Positions 1-12,089 of a DNA stretch of 64,000 bases are shown here, in pieces. The position numbers and the translations under genes were made by a program. The notes under the pieces were generated by a model that was not told where the DNA came from, did no database searches, and was given only the letters and a program-made list of their open reading frames with translations. Source of the stretch: Octopus vulgaris (lineage: Eukaryota). Positions within the stretch are counted from its first letter, which is position 1; every line of letters starts with the position of its first letter. The stretch is from the NCBI GenBank assembly GCA_951406725.2, contig OX597823.1:41974001-42038000 (forward strand). The letters run 5' to 3'.

Positions 1-639
1 CCAAATGAATATCGAAGAAGTTCTACAAACCATTTTTATCATTATTGCCATCATCGTTGTCATTGTCGTCGTCATCATCACCACCACCATCATTACCACA
101 TCATCACCACCGCCACCACCACCATCATCATTATCATCATATGTTCATTTTCCATGCTGGTATGGGTTAGATAATCAGACAGGAGCTGGCAAGCCAAAGA
201 GCTGTGCTGTTCTTCAGTGTCCACTTTGGTTGGATCCCCTTTCCTAGCTCTAGCATCAATGACTGTACTGGGTGCTCGGTTTTCATGCTACTGACACTTA
301 TGAAGTTGCTATGTAACTTGCTAGACAGGATAAGAACATGGAAAAAGGAAACAAAAGAAGCCCCTACTACTAAATGAGGGAGTATATGAAAGGACAAGGT
401 AGCTTTATGCCTGGTGTTGAGAAGCTAATGTATGATAAAGGGGCAAGCACAGGTGTCTTGCAATAGAGGAAATAAAATTGCCACCACATATTATGTAAGA
501 GTTGCTAGGGGTAGCTGGAAAGGATATAAAGTGATGGGGTACCAGAGCAAATTTCAAGCTACAAGAAAATTAGCACAGGGGAAAATCTGGGCAAGGTTGT
601 TTATAGAAGACCAGCAATCGTCCAAGAATACCGGCCTCT

Positions 640-855
640 CTTCTCCATGCCGCCAATGTTATCCAAGGAAATGGCAAAGACCAATACAGCTTGGCACCAG
701 TGATGTTGCAATTCATTTCTACTGCTGAGTGAATTGGAGCAATGTGAAGTAAAGTGTCTTGCTCAAGAACACAACACACAGCCCAGTCCGGGAATCAAAT
801 TCACTATCACATGAATGTGAGCCTGACCCTCTAACCACTGAGCCATGCATCTTCA
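640..855 (-). mobile_element. tRNA-headed SINE family D, partial degraded copy
   Basis: Reverse complement shows a tRNA-like head (ctcagtggttagagggtc...gtttgattcccgg) followed by tgtgttcttgagcaagacactt, shared with the copies at 25318 and 34080. Confidence 0.65.
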
Positions 856-880
856 CTATATCTGTACTAAAGTTGCTAGT

Positions 881-1084
881 CTTTCTTTTACTTTTCTTTT
901 ACTTGTTTCAGTCATTTGATTGCGGCCATGCTTGGACACTACTTTGAAGGCTTCTAGATGAAGAAATTGACCCTTGGGACTTATATTTTATCAGTCTCTT
1001 TTGCCAGACTGCTGATTTATGGGGATATAAACACACCAACACGGGTTGTCAAGCAGTCATAAGGGACAATCACAGACAGAAAGT

Positions 1085-1132
<48 letters not shown>

Positions 1133-1154
1133 TAAACACATATCTATATGTCTG

Positions 1155-1188
<34 letters not shown>

Positions 1189-1336
1189 CGACAGGCTTCT
1201 TAACAGTTTCTATCTACCAAATTTACTCATGAGGCTTTTGTTGGCCCGAGGCTATAGTATAAGATACTTGCACAAGGTACCATACAGTGGGACTGAACCT
1301 AGAACCATGTGGTTGGGAAGCCAGCTTCTTACTACA
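881..1336 (-). mobile_element. tRNA-derived SINE family A
   Basis: Matches the reverse complement of the intact copy at 12722-13130: cttttacttgtttcagtcattt tail, internal (CA)n/(TA)n, and gggactgaacc B-box region. Confidence 0.85.
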
Positions 1337-1789
1337 TTCCTTAAAAATGTTAACATTACTCTTATTCCAATACAGGAGATTTAGAAAGAAGAAGGTTTAA
1401 TTTGATTATTAACTTATGAAGTGACCTAAACTGAGGGTTAGGATTTTTGGCTCCTGATTTTAAAGTCACAGGTTCACATCATGGCCTGAGTGGGGCATTG
1501 TATCTTTAAGCTAGGCTATTCATTTCATGTTATTCATCACACCAACCAACTATTACATTCCTCATGTTTTGCTGGTTCAAATGGGTTTTGCCAGTTGAAG
1601 GTTAGAAGAGCAAAGCAGATGTATATGTCTATTTTGGACTGCTGAGGCAAATGTAACAATTAGTGAAAGCTTAGTACATGTAACCAAACCATACTAACTT
1701 CTGCACCATTGCTATACAGTACATTGCACTGAGTCTTGTCAATAGAAACAAAAGTCCATTGCCGGTGATGGAAGCTGAAATCAAATGAA

Positions 1790-2008
1790 AATATTCAATT
1801 CAAATTTTGGTACTAGGCCAGTAAGTTTGGGTGAGAGGGCAAATCAATTACATCTACCCCAGTGTTCAACTGGTACTTACATTATTGACCTCAAAAGAAT
1901 GGAAGGCAAAGTGGACCTCAGCAGAATTTGAACTCAGAATGTAAAGACAGAAGAAATGTCATGAAACATTGTGCTCAACAAGCTAACAATTCTGTCAGCC
2001 CACCACCT
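1790..2008 (-). mobile_element. tRNA-derived SINE family C
   Basis: ggtactta...aaggcaaagtggacctcagcagaatttgaactcagaatgta matches the intact family C copy at 48389-48598. Confidence 0.75.
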
Positions 2009-2355
2009 TATAAATCAAGTGAAAATATATACAACATTGTTATAGAGGTTTCCATTATATATTATTCAAACTGCATATCAAATACAGAACAACAAAAGAA
2101 CTTAAGGTGCCACTGTATGGTCTAGAAGAAAATTACTTTCATGATAATATAAATTAAAGTAACTTTAAACTAGACAAATACATTTAACAGTTGATATTTT
2201 CTACATATCTTTAAGGTATATATGATTTTCTACTAAGATTATTTATCTTAGAAAATAGATTAATGAAACCAATTGAAATGAAGTTAAATAATCTAGATAA
2301 AGCATCATAACAATATATAACTCTGTGTGTGTTTGTAGATATTTGTGTATGTCTG

Positions 2356-2388
<33 letters not shown>

Positions 2389-2672
2389 TTCAACAATTGA
2401 GGGTAAAATTAATTAATTATTAATCAATTTCACCAAGTGTTCAGTATGCAAAGGGACCATTTAAGGCGAATTCAAATTATTACATTATATAAAAGGGCTT
2501 AGTAAAATAAATTACTTTGCCGCATACTGAACTCATTAGAAATAGCAGCTAAAAAACTTTTTTAAAACTATTTCTAATACTTAAAGAAAACCTCTCTCAT
2601 ATAGTGTTTGCTCAATTCAACTCACAAAAGTATGGGGGTAAAGACATCAAAAAATCAAATGCAAAGGTTATT

Positions 2673-2724
2673 TGAGAACGTACGTTTCAAGATTAGTCAA
2701 CACGACACTTCTATCATCAGCTCA
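2673..2724 (-). ncRNA. Minimal type-I hammerhead ribozyme motif inside a ~450 bp element (about 2390-2848) embedded in (TA)n
   Basis: Minus strand reads UGAG-CUGAUGA-U-AGA-AGU-GUC-GUGUU-GAC-UAA-UCU-U-GAAA-CGUACG-UU-CUCA. Stem I is UGAG/CUCA, both cores are intact, stem II is imperfect, and stem III is the palindrome ACGUACGU. Confidence 0.6.
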
Positions 2725-2849
2725 GAAACTCCTTGGTTTGGATTTGAAAACACTGAAAGTAGAAGCATGCCCTTTCGGCTTCCTATCGCTTCTGAAGACC
2801 TGCCCGCAACTAACAGTGCCAACAAACTCAAATATGCAAGCGAAGAATT

Positions 2850-2896
<47 letters not shown>

Positions 2897-3045
2897 TATG
2901 CACAGTTATAGACATATACACATATATTAATATACATGCGTGTGTGTGTATATATATACTTGTGTGTGAGTGTGTATGTTTGTATATGTGTATCTATATG
3001 TATTATGCAGTTATATATATAACTGCATCATACTATATAATACAA

Positions 3046-3823
3046 GTGTCTTGGGCGGTGTGGGGAGTTAACGAGATATAAGATGCATGACTTCTGATAA
3101 AAAGGGGAAATAGCAGATAGAAAAAATATAAGGTTAGTTTTGGCCTGTTTGTTGATATAAATCTAATTTTTTATAATTGTTTGGAAGGGGAGGTGGAGGA
3201 GATCATGCTAGCCCACATAATTACTCTCTTACTCTCTCTCTCTTTTTACTCTTTTACTTGTTTCAGTCATTTGACTGTGGCCATGCTGGAGCACCGCCTT
3301 TAGTCGAGCAAATTGAACCCAGGACTTATTCTTTGTAAACCTAGTACTTATTCTAACAGTCTCTTTTGCTGAACCGCTAAGTTACAGGAATGTAAACACA
3401 CTAGCATCGGTTGTCAACTAATGTTGTGGGACAAGCACAGACACACAAATGTACACACACATATATATATATACATATATACGACGGGCTTCTTTCAGTT
3501 TCCGTCTGCAAATCCACTCAGAAGGCTTTGGTCAACCTGAGGCTATAGTAAAAGACACTTGCCCAAGGTGCCACGCAGTGGGACTGAACCTGGAACCATG
3601 TGGTTGGTAAGCAAGCTACTTACCACACAGCCACTCCTATACCTACATATAAACAAACAAAAAGCATGATCTCCCCATCTCCCCTCCCAAACCATTATAA
3701 AAAATTACATCTCTATCAACAAACATTCCAGAACTAACCTTATATTTTTTCTATCTGCTATTATCCCCTTTTTATCAAAAGTCATACATCTTAAAATCTC
3801 ATTAACACCACCACCCCAGACAC
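3046..3823. repeat. Inverted repeat, arms 3046-3209 and 3663-3823, with a SINE in the spacer
   Basis: The arms are diverged reverse complements over ~160 bp (e.g. atagcagatagaaaaaatataaggttag vs ctaaccttatattttttctatctgctat). Confidence 0.85.
3241..3643 (-). mobile_element. tRNA-derived SINE family A, near full length
   Basis: Reverse complement of ggagtggctgtgtggtaag (A box)...ggttcagtccc (B box)...gaaacaagtaaaagagtaaaa tail. Confidence 0.9.
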
Positions 3824-3974
3824 ACATCTAAATTCATCTTTAACATTGAAAATTACTGAAGCTTTTCTTTATGAGATTAAAATTGTTGATTCAGCCATAA
3901 GAGAATTTGAAAAACATCTGACCATCATATTTTTCCCCTAAGGTCAACTATTCAAATGGGAGCAGTAGGAGGGC

Positions 3975-4580
3975 CTTTTCACTATTTTTTCATCTATTTC
4001 TCCAACCCTACTCAATAAGGCCCTTCTCCTTGCATGCAAATTCATAAAAATCCTTAACAATGAAATTAGTATTATCCTTACAGCTACACATAGTCTTATC
4101 AATTAAGGTGAATTACGGTCCCACACTGCTCAGGACAACAAATTTGTGATCACTATGGGCTCATCTGACTCTGCCTAAGTTGCAGACTTCATAAGTTCTT
4201 TCCATATATTGTGTGAGCTCTGTATCAAGAAATACTCTCCTTACTGTGGTTAATAAACCCACTTTTTTCCTACGAAAGGAACTACACAAATTTTTCCAAA
4301 ATTTTCACCTAATTATCTCCTTTGAAAAGGTTACTGCAACAGTAAACTTTCTTGCCCTAACTCTTGACATAAGTTCAAAACGTTCTGCACCTGCCACAAA
4401 GCCGAATGAAAATTTACATTATATCCATATATCTTCTGATCATCTATATTCAGCTGGGATTGTTAGTTATAACATTCTTAACATCTATTTGAGTCTCTAA
4501 CTTTTCTGCAAATGAAACCATCTTCCAAAATCATGCTACATATTAAAACCAATTCCTTAAAAGTAGTGGTTATGATGCAA
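3975..4580 (+). pseudogene. Penelope-like retroelement reverse transcriptase remnant (possibly Naiad clade)
   Basis: Translation across stops and frameshifts: SISPTLLNKALLLACKFIKILNNEISIILTATHSLI...FVITMGSSDSA*VAD...RKELHKFFQNFHLIISFEKVTATVNFLALTLDISSKRSAPATKPNENLHYIHISSDH...SNFSANETIFQNHATY*NQFLKSSGY. This matches the PLE RT/thumb motifs FYPSI, TMGSxDGAE, VNFLDxTL, KPN..YI...SNHP and SGY. Confidence 0.8.
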
Positions 4581-5644
4581 ATATAACACCAAATGTAAAT
4601 AGATCTTGTGCACTAAGATCAGCCCACTTACACACCTTCCAAAACAACAATCTTAAAGCTAATGCTTCACTAGCCAAACATATTCATTTCTTAAATTCCA
4701 GAACATCAAGACATGATTAAATGATCCACCCTGGCTAAAGCTCAGCTCTATAAGAGTAATGAGAGTATTTATAAGCTGTGCCTCTGCAAAAATCTGGAAA
4801 TCATTTTTGCAGATAGGAAAAAAAAATGGTCATTAACGAAGTCTGCTCCTTGTAATTTATATACATAAACTAAAATGTATTTTTAAGAACTTCATGAGAG
4901 AAAAGGAGTTGCCCTACAACGCATCCTTTGTTTTATCAAGTGGTTTAATTGTCACTTATTTTCACCACTTCCTCTATGTATTTGCACTATATGTTTGTCC
5001 ACATGGTCAGGTAATGTATTGTGGGAGGAGAGCTTACCTAGAGCTGATTGGTTAAGAATGAAATTCTAGAAGTTACAAAGTCATGCAACTGTTTGGAAGG
5101 ATTCTAGATTAATGCATGAGCTTATAAGGAAGGTCTAGTCTATAATAGACTCTGTCCACATATAACTCATTTAATTCCTTTTCATCTTTATCATTCTTGA
5201 AATTCTAAGCTTTGCTTCATATCATCTCATACCACCTTTTTCTCATCTTGTTTTACATTATTGTACTGTTCTGCCTCTTTGATGCATCTGGTTAATTTAT
5301 CCTATGCATTTGTCCCACGGACATTCTCCTCATACATTTTGAGTTGCTTGGTTATGTATAAATATATACATATATATATGTGTGTGTGTGCATGTGTGTG
5401 TGTTTGTTTGTCTGTATATATGTGTGTGTGTGTGTGTATAGCTGTGTATGTATATACGTGTGTTCATGTATTGTGTTGGTGTTTGTTACCTTCACTGCTT
5501 GAAAAACAGTGTTGGGCTGCTTACATCTCTGTAACTTAGCAATTTGGCAAATGTGGCCAATAGAATATGTACCTGGCTTTAAAAAAATCAAATAAGGACT
5601 GGGGTTGTCCCAACATGACCACAGTCTAATGACAAATGGATGAA

Positions 5645-5692
<48 letters not shown>

Positions 5693-5701
5693 TTATATAT
5701 A

Positions 5702-6044
5702 TATTGTAAGATTCAAATAAGATGACAATTTATTTTTGAACACAAAAATGCTATTAGAACAGCAGAATTATTGGGTAACAAAGTGGAAAAATTTGTCAAC
5801 AAACAGCTATAATTGTGCATTTAGCTTTATAGCATCTAAAATTGCAGATTAATTTGTCAGTGGGAAGTTTAGCTTAATGGTAAAGCACTTGACCAGAGTC
5901 CTCAAGCGATGTGCATTCAAGTCTCATGGCTGTTTGTTCACAAATTTTTCAGCTTTGTAAGCGTAATTTACCCAATATTTCTGCTGTTCTAACACCATTT
6001 CTGTGGTCAAAAATGAATTATCATCTTATTAGTATCTTACAATA
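5702..6044. mobile_element. Fold-back (MITE-like) element, arms 5702-5807 and 5929-6044, with a tRNA-like loop
   Basis: Arms are diverged reverse complements. The spacer has tagcttaatggtaaagcac (A-box-like) and gcattcaagtc (B-box-like). It sits next to (TA)n. Confidence 0.65.
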
Positions 6045-6108
6045 CACATTTCATTGTTTATAAAAAACAAATATTAGTTTGTTTATTGTTTATATTTATG
6101 TACACATA

Positions 6109-6154
<46 letters not shown>

Positions 6155-6419
6155 TTTACCAGCTTAAACTCTATGGTTTCAATTAACTCACTTGCATGAG
6201 CGGAGCATTGCAATTTATTTATAATACACCTTAACTAAAGTACAAGACATACATCTACATGATTAATATATAGTTACATTGAAGAAAACATTTTTTGACA
6301 CGATATAACAAATCAATTCATCAATAAAAACACACCTGAAACAGCTGTAGTGAGTGAACCACTATCCATCTATTGTTATTTGTTTGTCTGTGTGTGTGTG
6401 TGTGTGTATACTGTATATA

Positions 6420-6935
6420 TATTCAAACAGTTATCTGGAGCTGTTGGAAACTGTGGTCAAGCCCTGGCTAGGGTGGTCGTTGCTGTCATCTTTGTGGCAG
6501 CAGCATTTGGCTCCTTGCCATGTCTCTAAAAAGAGACAGTAGTGGTGTTTGGAGAATTTCTATTGCTTTACCAGCCCCAATTTCTAGTTCCTTTGATTCT
6601 AAATCTCATGGATTACTATGTATTGGGCACAGTTTTGGGAGACAGCAAATGCTCTGCCTGCCACACCAAGGCTGAGCTGGTGTCCAAGGAGATATTCAAA
6701 CTTCTCCCCACGACACAGTGAGAAATACATGTACCATGTCCTAGAGCTGTTTTGAGGCTATGTTGGAAGCTGAGGGTGGCTACACTGAGGTGGCTACTTT
6801 GAGTAAATCAAATCATAATGTAATATCATAATGTAATCAACATTTTATTTTTTAAAATACTTTTATTTTTGTATGGCATATTGTGTTTTCTTTTATGTTT
6901 ATGCAAACTGTTCTATTTAGCCCAAATATACTGCG
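6420..6935 (+). pseudogene. Tc1/mariner-superfamily (DD37D/maT-like) transposase C-terminal remnant
   Basis: Translates as YLELLETVVKPWL...WQQHLAPCHVSKKRQ*WCLENFYCFTSPNF...MDYYVLG...TKAELV...CFEAMLEAEGGY, matching WQQDSAPCH / SPDxNPMDYYVWG / EAEGGYIE of this family. Confidence 0.8.
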
Positions 6936-8604
6936 TGTATGTAAATGAGATCCATATAGTTTCTAGCTAGCAGTCCTGGTCACGTAACATCAGTTATCCC
7001 TAAGCTAGAATAATAAACAACTTGACCAAGGCATTGCATAGAACACCAAACCCACAAAGTTGCAAAACAAACTGCATTTATACCAAAATGGCTCCAACAG
7101 CAAAATTTAGCAGCAGGAAGACTGTAGATCATCCTAACTCAGCCAACTTGCCCAGAGAAGAAGTCATGCACAGCTAGGTGTCTTCAAAGCCAATGTCTCA
7201 TGGAATGTTGTTCTTTGTTACTTAATTTCACACTGACTGACTTCTGCTGCTTACTACTTGGAGACTTGACCCTCCTTATAAGCTCATGCATTAATCTAGA
7301 ATCATTCTAAAGAGTTGCATGACTTGGTAACTTCTAGAACTTCATTCTTAACGAATCAGCTCTAGGTATGCTCCCCTCCCACAATATATTACCTGACCAT
7401 ATGAGACATCTCATTTATCATTTAACATAATTCTGGAATTTTTCTATGGCATTCTAACATGAAGCAATATTGCCAAGTGATTACACAGAAAACTAAACAA
7501 CTTCACAAATTTACCATAGAAAATCAAAGTTAACACAAATATAACTTATTCGCTCCTTCATAACAATACATATAGACACACATTGACAGACATTTATTTG
7601 AACTTCTAGAAAACAATGATACTGTTACATTCTGGACATTTAAAAACAAATTGTCTTGCTTCAGTGAAATTTACCAAATTCTGTTGTTAGTCTTAATATC
7701 CTGTATATTGATATATCCTCTCCCCGTATGGTATATTGTTCTTCCTTACCCTCTCCTATGTAACAGCTTTCATTAATACTTCACCTTCTTCCTTTCCTCC
7801 ATTCCAATGTTGTATGTTGATTAACTGGTCTTTAATTGCTTATAACTTGATGAACATTACTAAATTATCTTCTGATTGAATACATATGGTGGCATTTTGT
7901 TTTTGTTTGTTTTCCTTTTGTTCTTTCTAATGTCAGATTTCAATTTTTTTCTTCACTTTTATGAAATAACTTTTTTCTATTTCATTTATTTTTTACTTTT
8001 TATTATTTAATGATAAATGCTAGGAGGAAGCCATGAGCTGTAACTAAAATGTTTTACTTTGTTGCATTATTTTAGTTTTATATATTTTTCAAGGGTTAAA
8101 TATTTTTCTCCAGCCTTTTAAATATGTCCAACCAATGAAATCAACTTGAATTACTTAACAAATATTCGACCAATGAAGATAAAACTATTATTTAATTGAC
8201 TAGGAGGAGGAAAAAATTACGAAAACAATAGCAAACAAACAAGAGAAAAAGTCCAAAAAAATATACATCATTCACCAAAAAAGATCAATAATTATATGCT
8301 ACCGAATTAAAAAATAAAACAGAAAATAGTGTTTGCTTGAGTTATTTTCTAACAATAAATGGATATCATAAATCATCTTAAAAATGTCATCGTTATCTAT
8401 TAATTTACTTGTGAAAGGTTCACACTAAAATATTCAATAATATATAATGGTTTACTTTTTGTATTACTATTGTTTTTCCATCCATACATTGTTATTACTT
8501 AGTATAATTTTAATTATGTGTGTGTACATATATGTATATATATATTTATCTGTCTATCTATCTGTCTATTTAGCTGTCTATCTGTCTGTCTATCCATCTA
8601 TCTA

Positions 8605-8681
<77 letters not shown>

Positions 8682-9171
8682 TCTATCTATCTATCTATCT
8701 GTCTGTCTATTGATATATGTGTATGTGTGTGTGTGTGTAATTTCAGGTGTAGTAGTGTGGTTGTGAAGTTAGCTTACTATTCATGTGGTCTCATTCAGTC
8801 CTGTAATCATATGACTGGAGATAATCTTCACTTCTTGGCACCTTGGGCAAGTATTTTCTACTATAACCTTATACCAACCAAAGCCTTATGAATGAATTTA
8901 GTAGATAAAAATTGAAAGAAGCCAGCCTATCATGTGTGTGCACGTATGCCTATTCTTGACTTCACATCATGTTAGTAGTAAATAAGCGTCACCCTCATAG
9001 AATTAATGTTTGTTTCTAATCTTCCATGAAAAACATGTGTAAACAAGGGGAAATATTACTTTGAAATATTACTTTGCGTGAGAACAGGAAAAGCATCCAC
9101 CCTTTCTATAGGAAAATCTTCTTCAAAAGCCTATCTTACACATGCAAGCAGGAAAAAGAGTTGATGTTATA

Positions 9172-9218
<47 letters not shown>

Positions 9219-9289
9219 GTATGGATGTATGGATGTATGTATGTATGGATGTATGTATGTATGTATAAAATAATGACAATGATAATAAT

Positions 9290-9562
9290 GAAATTATTGT
9301 ATACAGTGCTCAGGTGCACCACAACTTGTCAGAAGTGTGTATAAAGCATATTCAGTAATGTACAAATGTCTGGGAAGTGAACAGTGTATGAGTCAGATAC
9401 ATGCTTGCGTGTGTATTGAGAGGAGAAAATCAGGTGTAGTGTTGGCGAATCTCAGGAAGCATGGAGGTTTTGAAGGATACAGTGCTCCGACAACTAACAA
9501 CTGATGGTGGCAGTTTGTTCCATACTTCAGCAACTCTTAGCGTGAAAAAATGTTTCTGGAAA
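9290..9562 (-). mobile_element. CR1-clade LINE 3' end
   Basis: Minus strand gives FQKHFFTLRVAEVWNKLPPSVVSCRSTVSFKTS (CR1 ORF2 C-terminal FFxxRVxxxWNxLP), followed by a 3' UTR and simple-repeat tail. Confidence 0.8.
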
Positions 9563-10069
9563 AGTGTACTATTGTAAGTGTACTATTTATAGGAAAGTTC
9601 CAGGGGAATAATTACAAGGTAGCTAAATGTTGCTTAAGTTTACTAGAAAATAATGATCACACTTGTGTGTGATTTGATCCTGGGAAAGTAAGTTGTATTT
9701 AGGAGAAAATAGGAAAAGTTGAATAAGGAGACAAATGCTCAGGATGTTATTAAATCATTTATATCTTCATATCTTCTACATATGTTTCGGTGGATGCATT
9801 CAAAATACATCCAACAGGATGAATTATGGTCAACTATGCATCAATCTTATCGGGAAGGATATAAACAACAGCACTCATCAAATAGATTTTATTACAGATA
9901 TAGAAAGCCCTAGAAAATGTGACGTATTTATATGCATAGGCATGCAGATGTACACATGCATATATGCAACATGCATACATAAACATATATATATATATAT
10001 ACACATATATATATATATATTTACCAACATGAACATATATATACATATATACACATACATGTCTATCTG

Positions 10070-10112
<43 letters not shown>

Positions 10113-10209
10113 ATATATATATATATATATATATGTGTATGTACATGTATTGTCATAAATTATAGATCCAAAAGAGAAGCACACTCTAAGTTAAAGAGCA
10201 GTAGATTAT

Positions 10210-10422
10210 TTAGATAAAGATAGTTATGGCTGGTTTATAGTGTTACCCAGGGTTTTGCGTCCATAGAGTACTTCGCTTTACAACATCTCATCACACCCTA
10301 ATGCCAGTGGCCTATAACCTCTCTAGACCACCAGCCATTAGGGTCTGATGAGACACTGTAAAGCTAAGCACTTTATGGACATGAAATCCTTGGTAACCCT
10401 TTAAATAATTATCTTTATCTAA
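10210..10422. repeat. ~210 bp hairpin whose two arms each carry a decayed minimal hammerhead ribozyme
   Basis: Plus arm 10340-10400: AGGGU-CUGAUGA-gacacuGUAAAG-loop-CUUUAUggacau-GAAA-UCCUUGG-UA-ACCCU. The minus arm 10239-10299 is the inverted homologue with stem III CCC-U-GGG. Confidence 0.7.
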
Positions 10423-10481
10423 TTATCTAATCATCATAATTATCTTTATCTCTCTCTCTCTCTCTCTCCATATACATATTT

Positions 10482-10533
<52 letters not shown>

Positions 10534-11192
10534 ATGTGTGTGTATGTATGTATGTATGTATGTATGTATGTATGTATGTATATGACTGAAGCCATGCCTT
10601 AGATTTGTTGCCAAGAGATAATTAGGATTATAGTATTTATTGCATTTGGTAAAGGGTTTCATAGAATAGAAACTGAAGTTGATTCACAGAGTTTTCTCTA
10701 AATTGCTTCATACATGCACAAATAAGAACACAGTGAAAGAGACATCATAAATTGAATCACCTCATCCCCAACAAGTACTAGCATGATATTTATTTCATCA
10801 GCCCTGGAAGGATGAAAGACAAAGTGCAGTTTGAAATCAAAACCCAAAGGGACATTATCAGATATAGCCCATGCTGTTTTCTCTCATTCTATGGGGTTTT
10901 GTTACCCAACCATACTAACACATATATATACACACACCGGCAATAATAATAGTTGTTTCTGATTTAGACCCCAAATCAGCACTTTTGAGAGAATGAGTAA
11001 TTCAGTTACATCAAACCCAGTACTTGAATGATACTATATTTTATTGACTCATTCCACTCAGAAAAAAAAAAACAAAGGGTTGAAAAGACAATTTTGTCCT
11101 CAGCAGGATATGAAATCAGAATACAAAGAGCAAAAAGAAATACCCCCAAGCATTTTGTCCAACGTGCCAATGATTCTGCCAACTTGCTGTTC

Positions 11193-11234
<42 letters not shown>

Positions 11235-11800
11235 GACTAGCAAGTTATGAAGGGCGCATTAGATTCTTCAAGGACAGCATGTTCAAAAGTAGCCCCCCAA
11301 ATTTTTTCAGTAAGATAGGGAAAATACTAGTTTCAGTAAAATCTATCCCATCAAAAGAAGTGCAGGAATTTTGGGAGTAAAATTTGGGCGGAAGAAAAAA
11401 ACACACAATAGAAAGGCCCCTTGGATTGATATAATATCTGCTGACTTAGACTCTTTAGAAGAGCAAAAGTGGGAGAGAATCAAGGTAGAGGATGTAAGAT
11501 CTGCTCTCGGGATGTCAAGCAAATCGAAATCTCCAGGAAAGGATAAAATTCCAAACTTCTGGTTGAGTGGCTTCCCAGAGAGTCATGAACTGCTAATAAA
11601 ACTTTACAATAATGTTTTGCAACATCTTAGTATGATTACCTCTTAATAGTGTTACATTCCTACTTCCAAAAAATGAAGAAACAAATGAACCAAAAATATT
11701 ATAGACCCATAACCTGCTTAACACCAATGTATAAAATACTAACATCTGTCTTGACTGAATATGCCTACAGTTTTTAAGTAATAATAATTTAAAAAATCGT
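11235..11800 (+). pseudogene. R4/Dong-like (REL-type) non-LTR retrotransposon RT remnant
   Basis: HNRKAPWI...IKVEDVRSAL...KSPGKDKIPNFWL...TFLLPKNEETNEPK..RPITCLTPMYKILTSVL. It begins directly after an (AAT)n array. Confidence 0.85.
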
Positions 11801-12015
11801 ATTAACTGGAACTGCTCATGTGCTGAGAAGAGCATTATCGCTGTGAAAACAACATCCATCCATGAATTTATCTATTTATTAATTTTTAAATACATATTTT
11901 ATCTGTGAATATGCATGTGTAATCTGGGAATGCATACAATGAGCTTCTCTGCCCTAGGTGTATGGAAAACACTCGGCAAGAAACGGAAGAAAATTTGAAG
12001 AAAGAAGGAAAAAAC

Positions 12016-12059
<44 letters not shown>

Positions 12060-12089
12060 TACAACAACTACATAACAATAATGATGGTT

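Larger units (their letters stand above)
4996..7408. repeat. Inverted pair of ~145 bp repeats (4996-5141 and 7262-7408)
   Basis: catggtcaggtaatgtattgtggg...tctagattaatgcatgagcttataagg is the reverse complement of ccttataagctcatgcattaatctaga...cccacaatatattacctgaccat. Both arms start with TGTC. No TSD seen. Confidence 0.8.
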
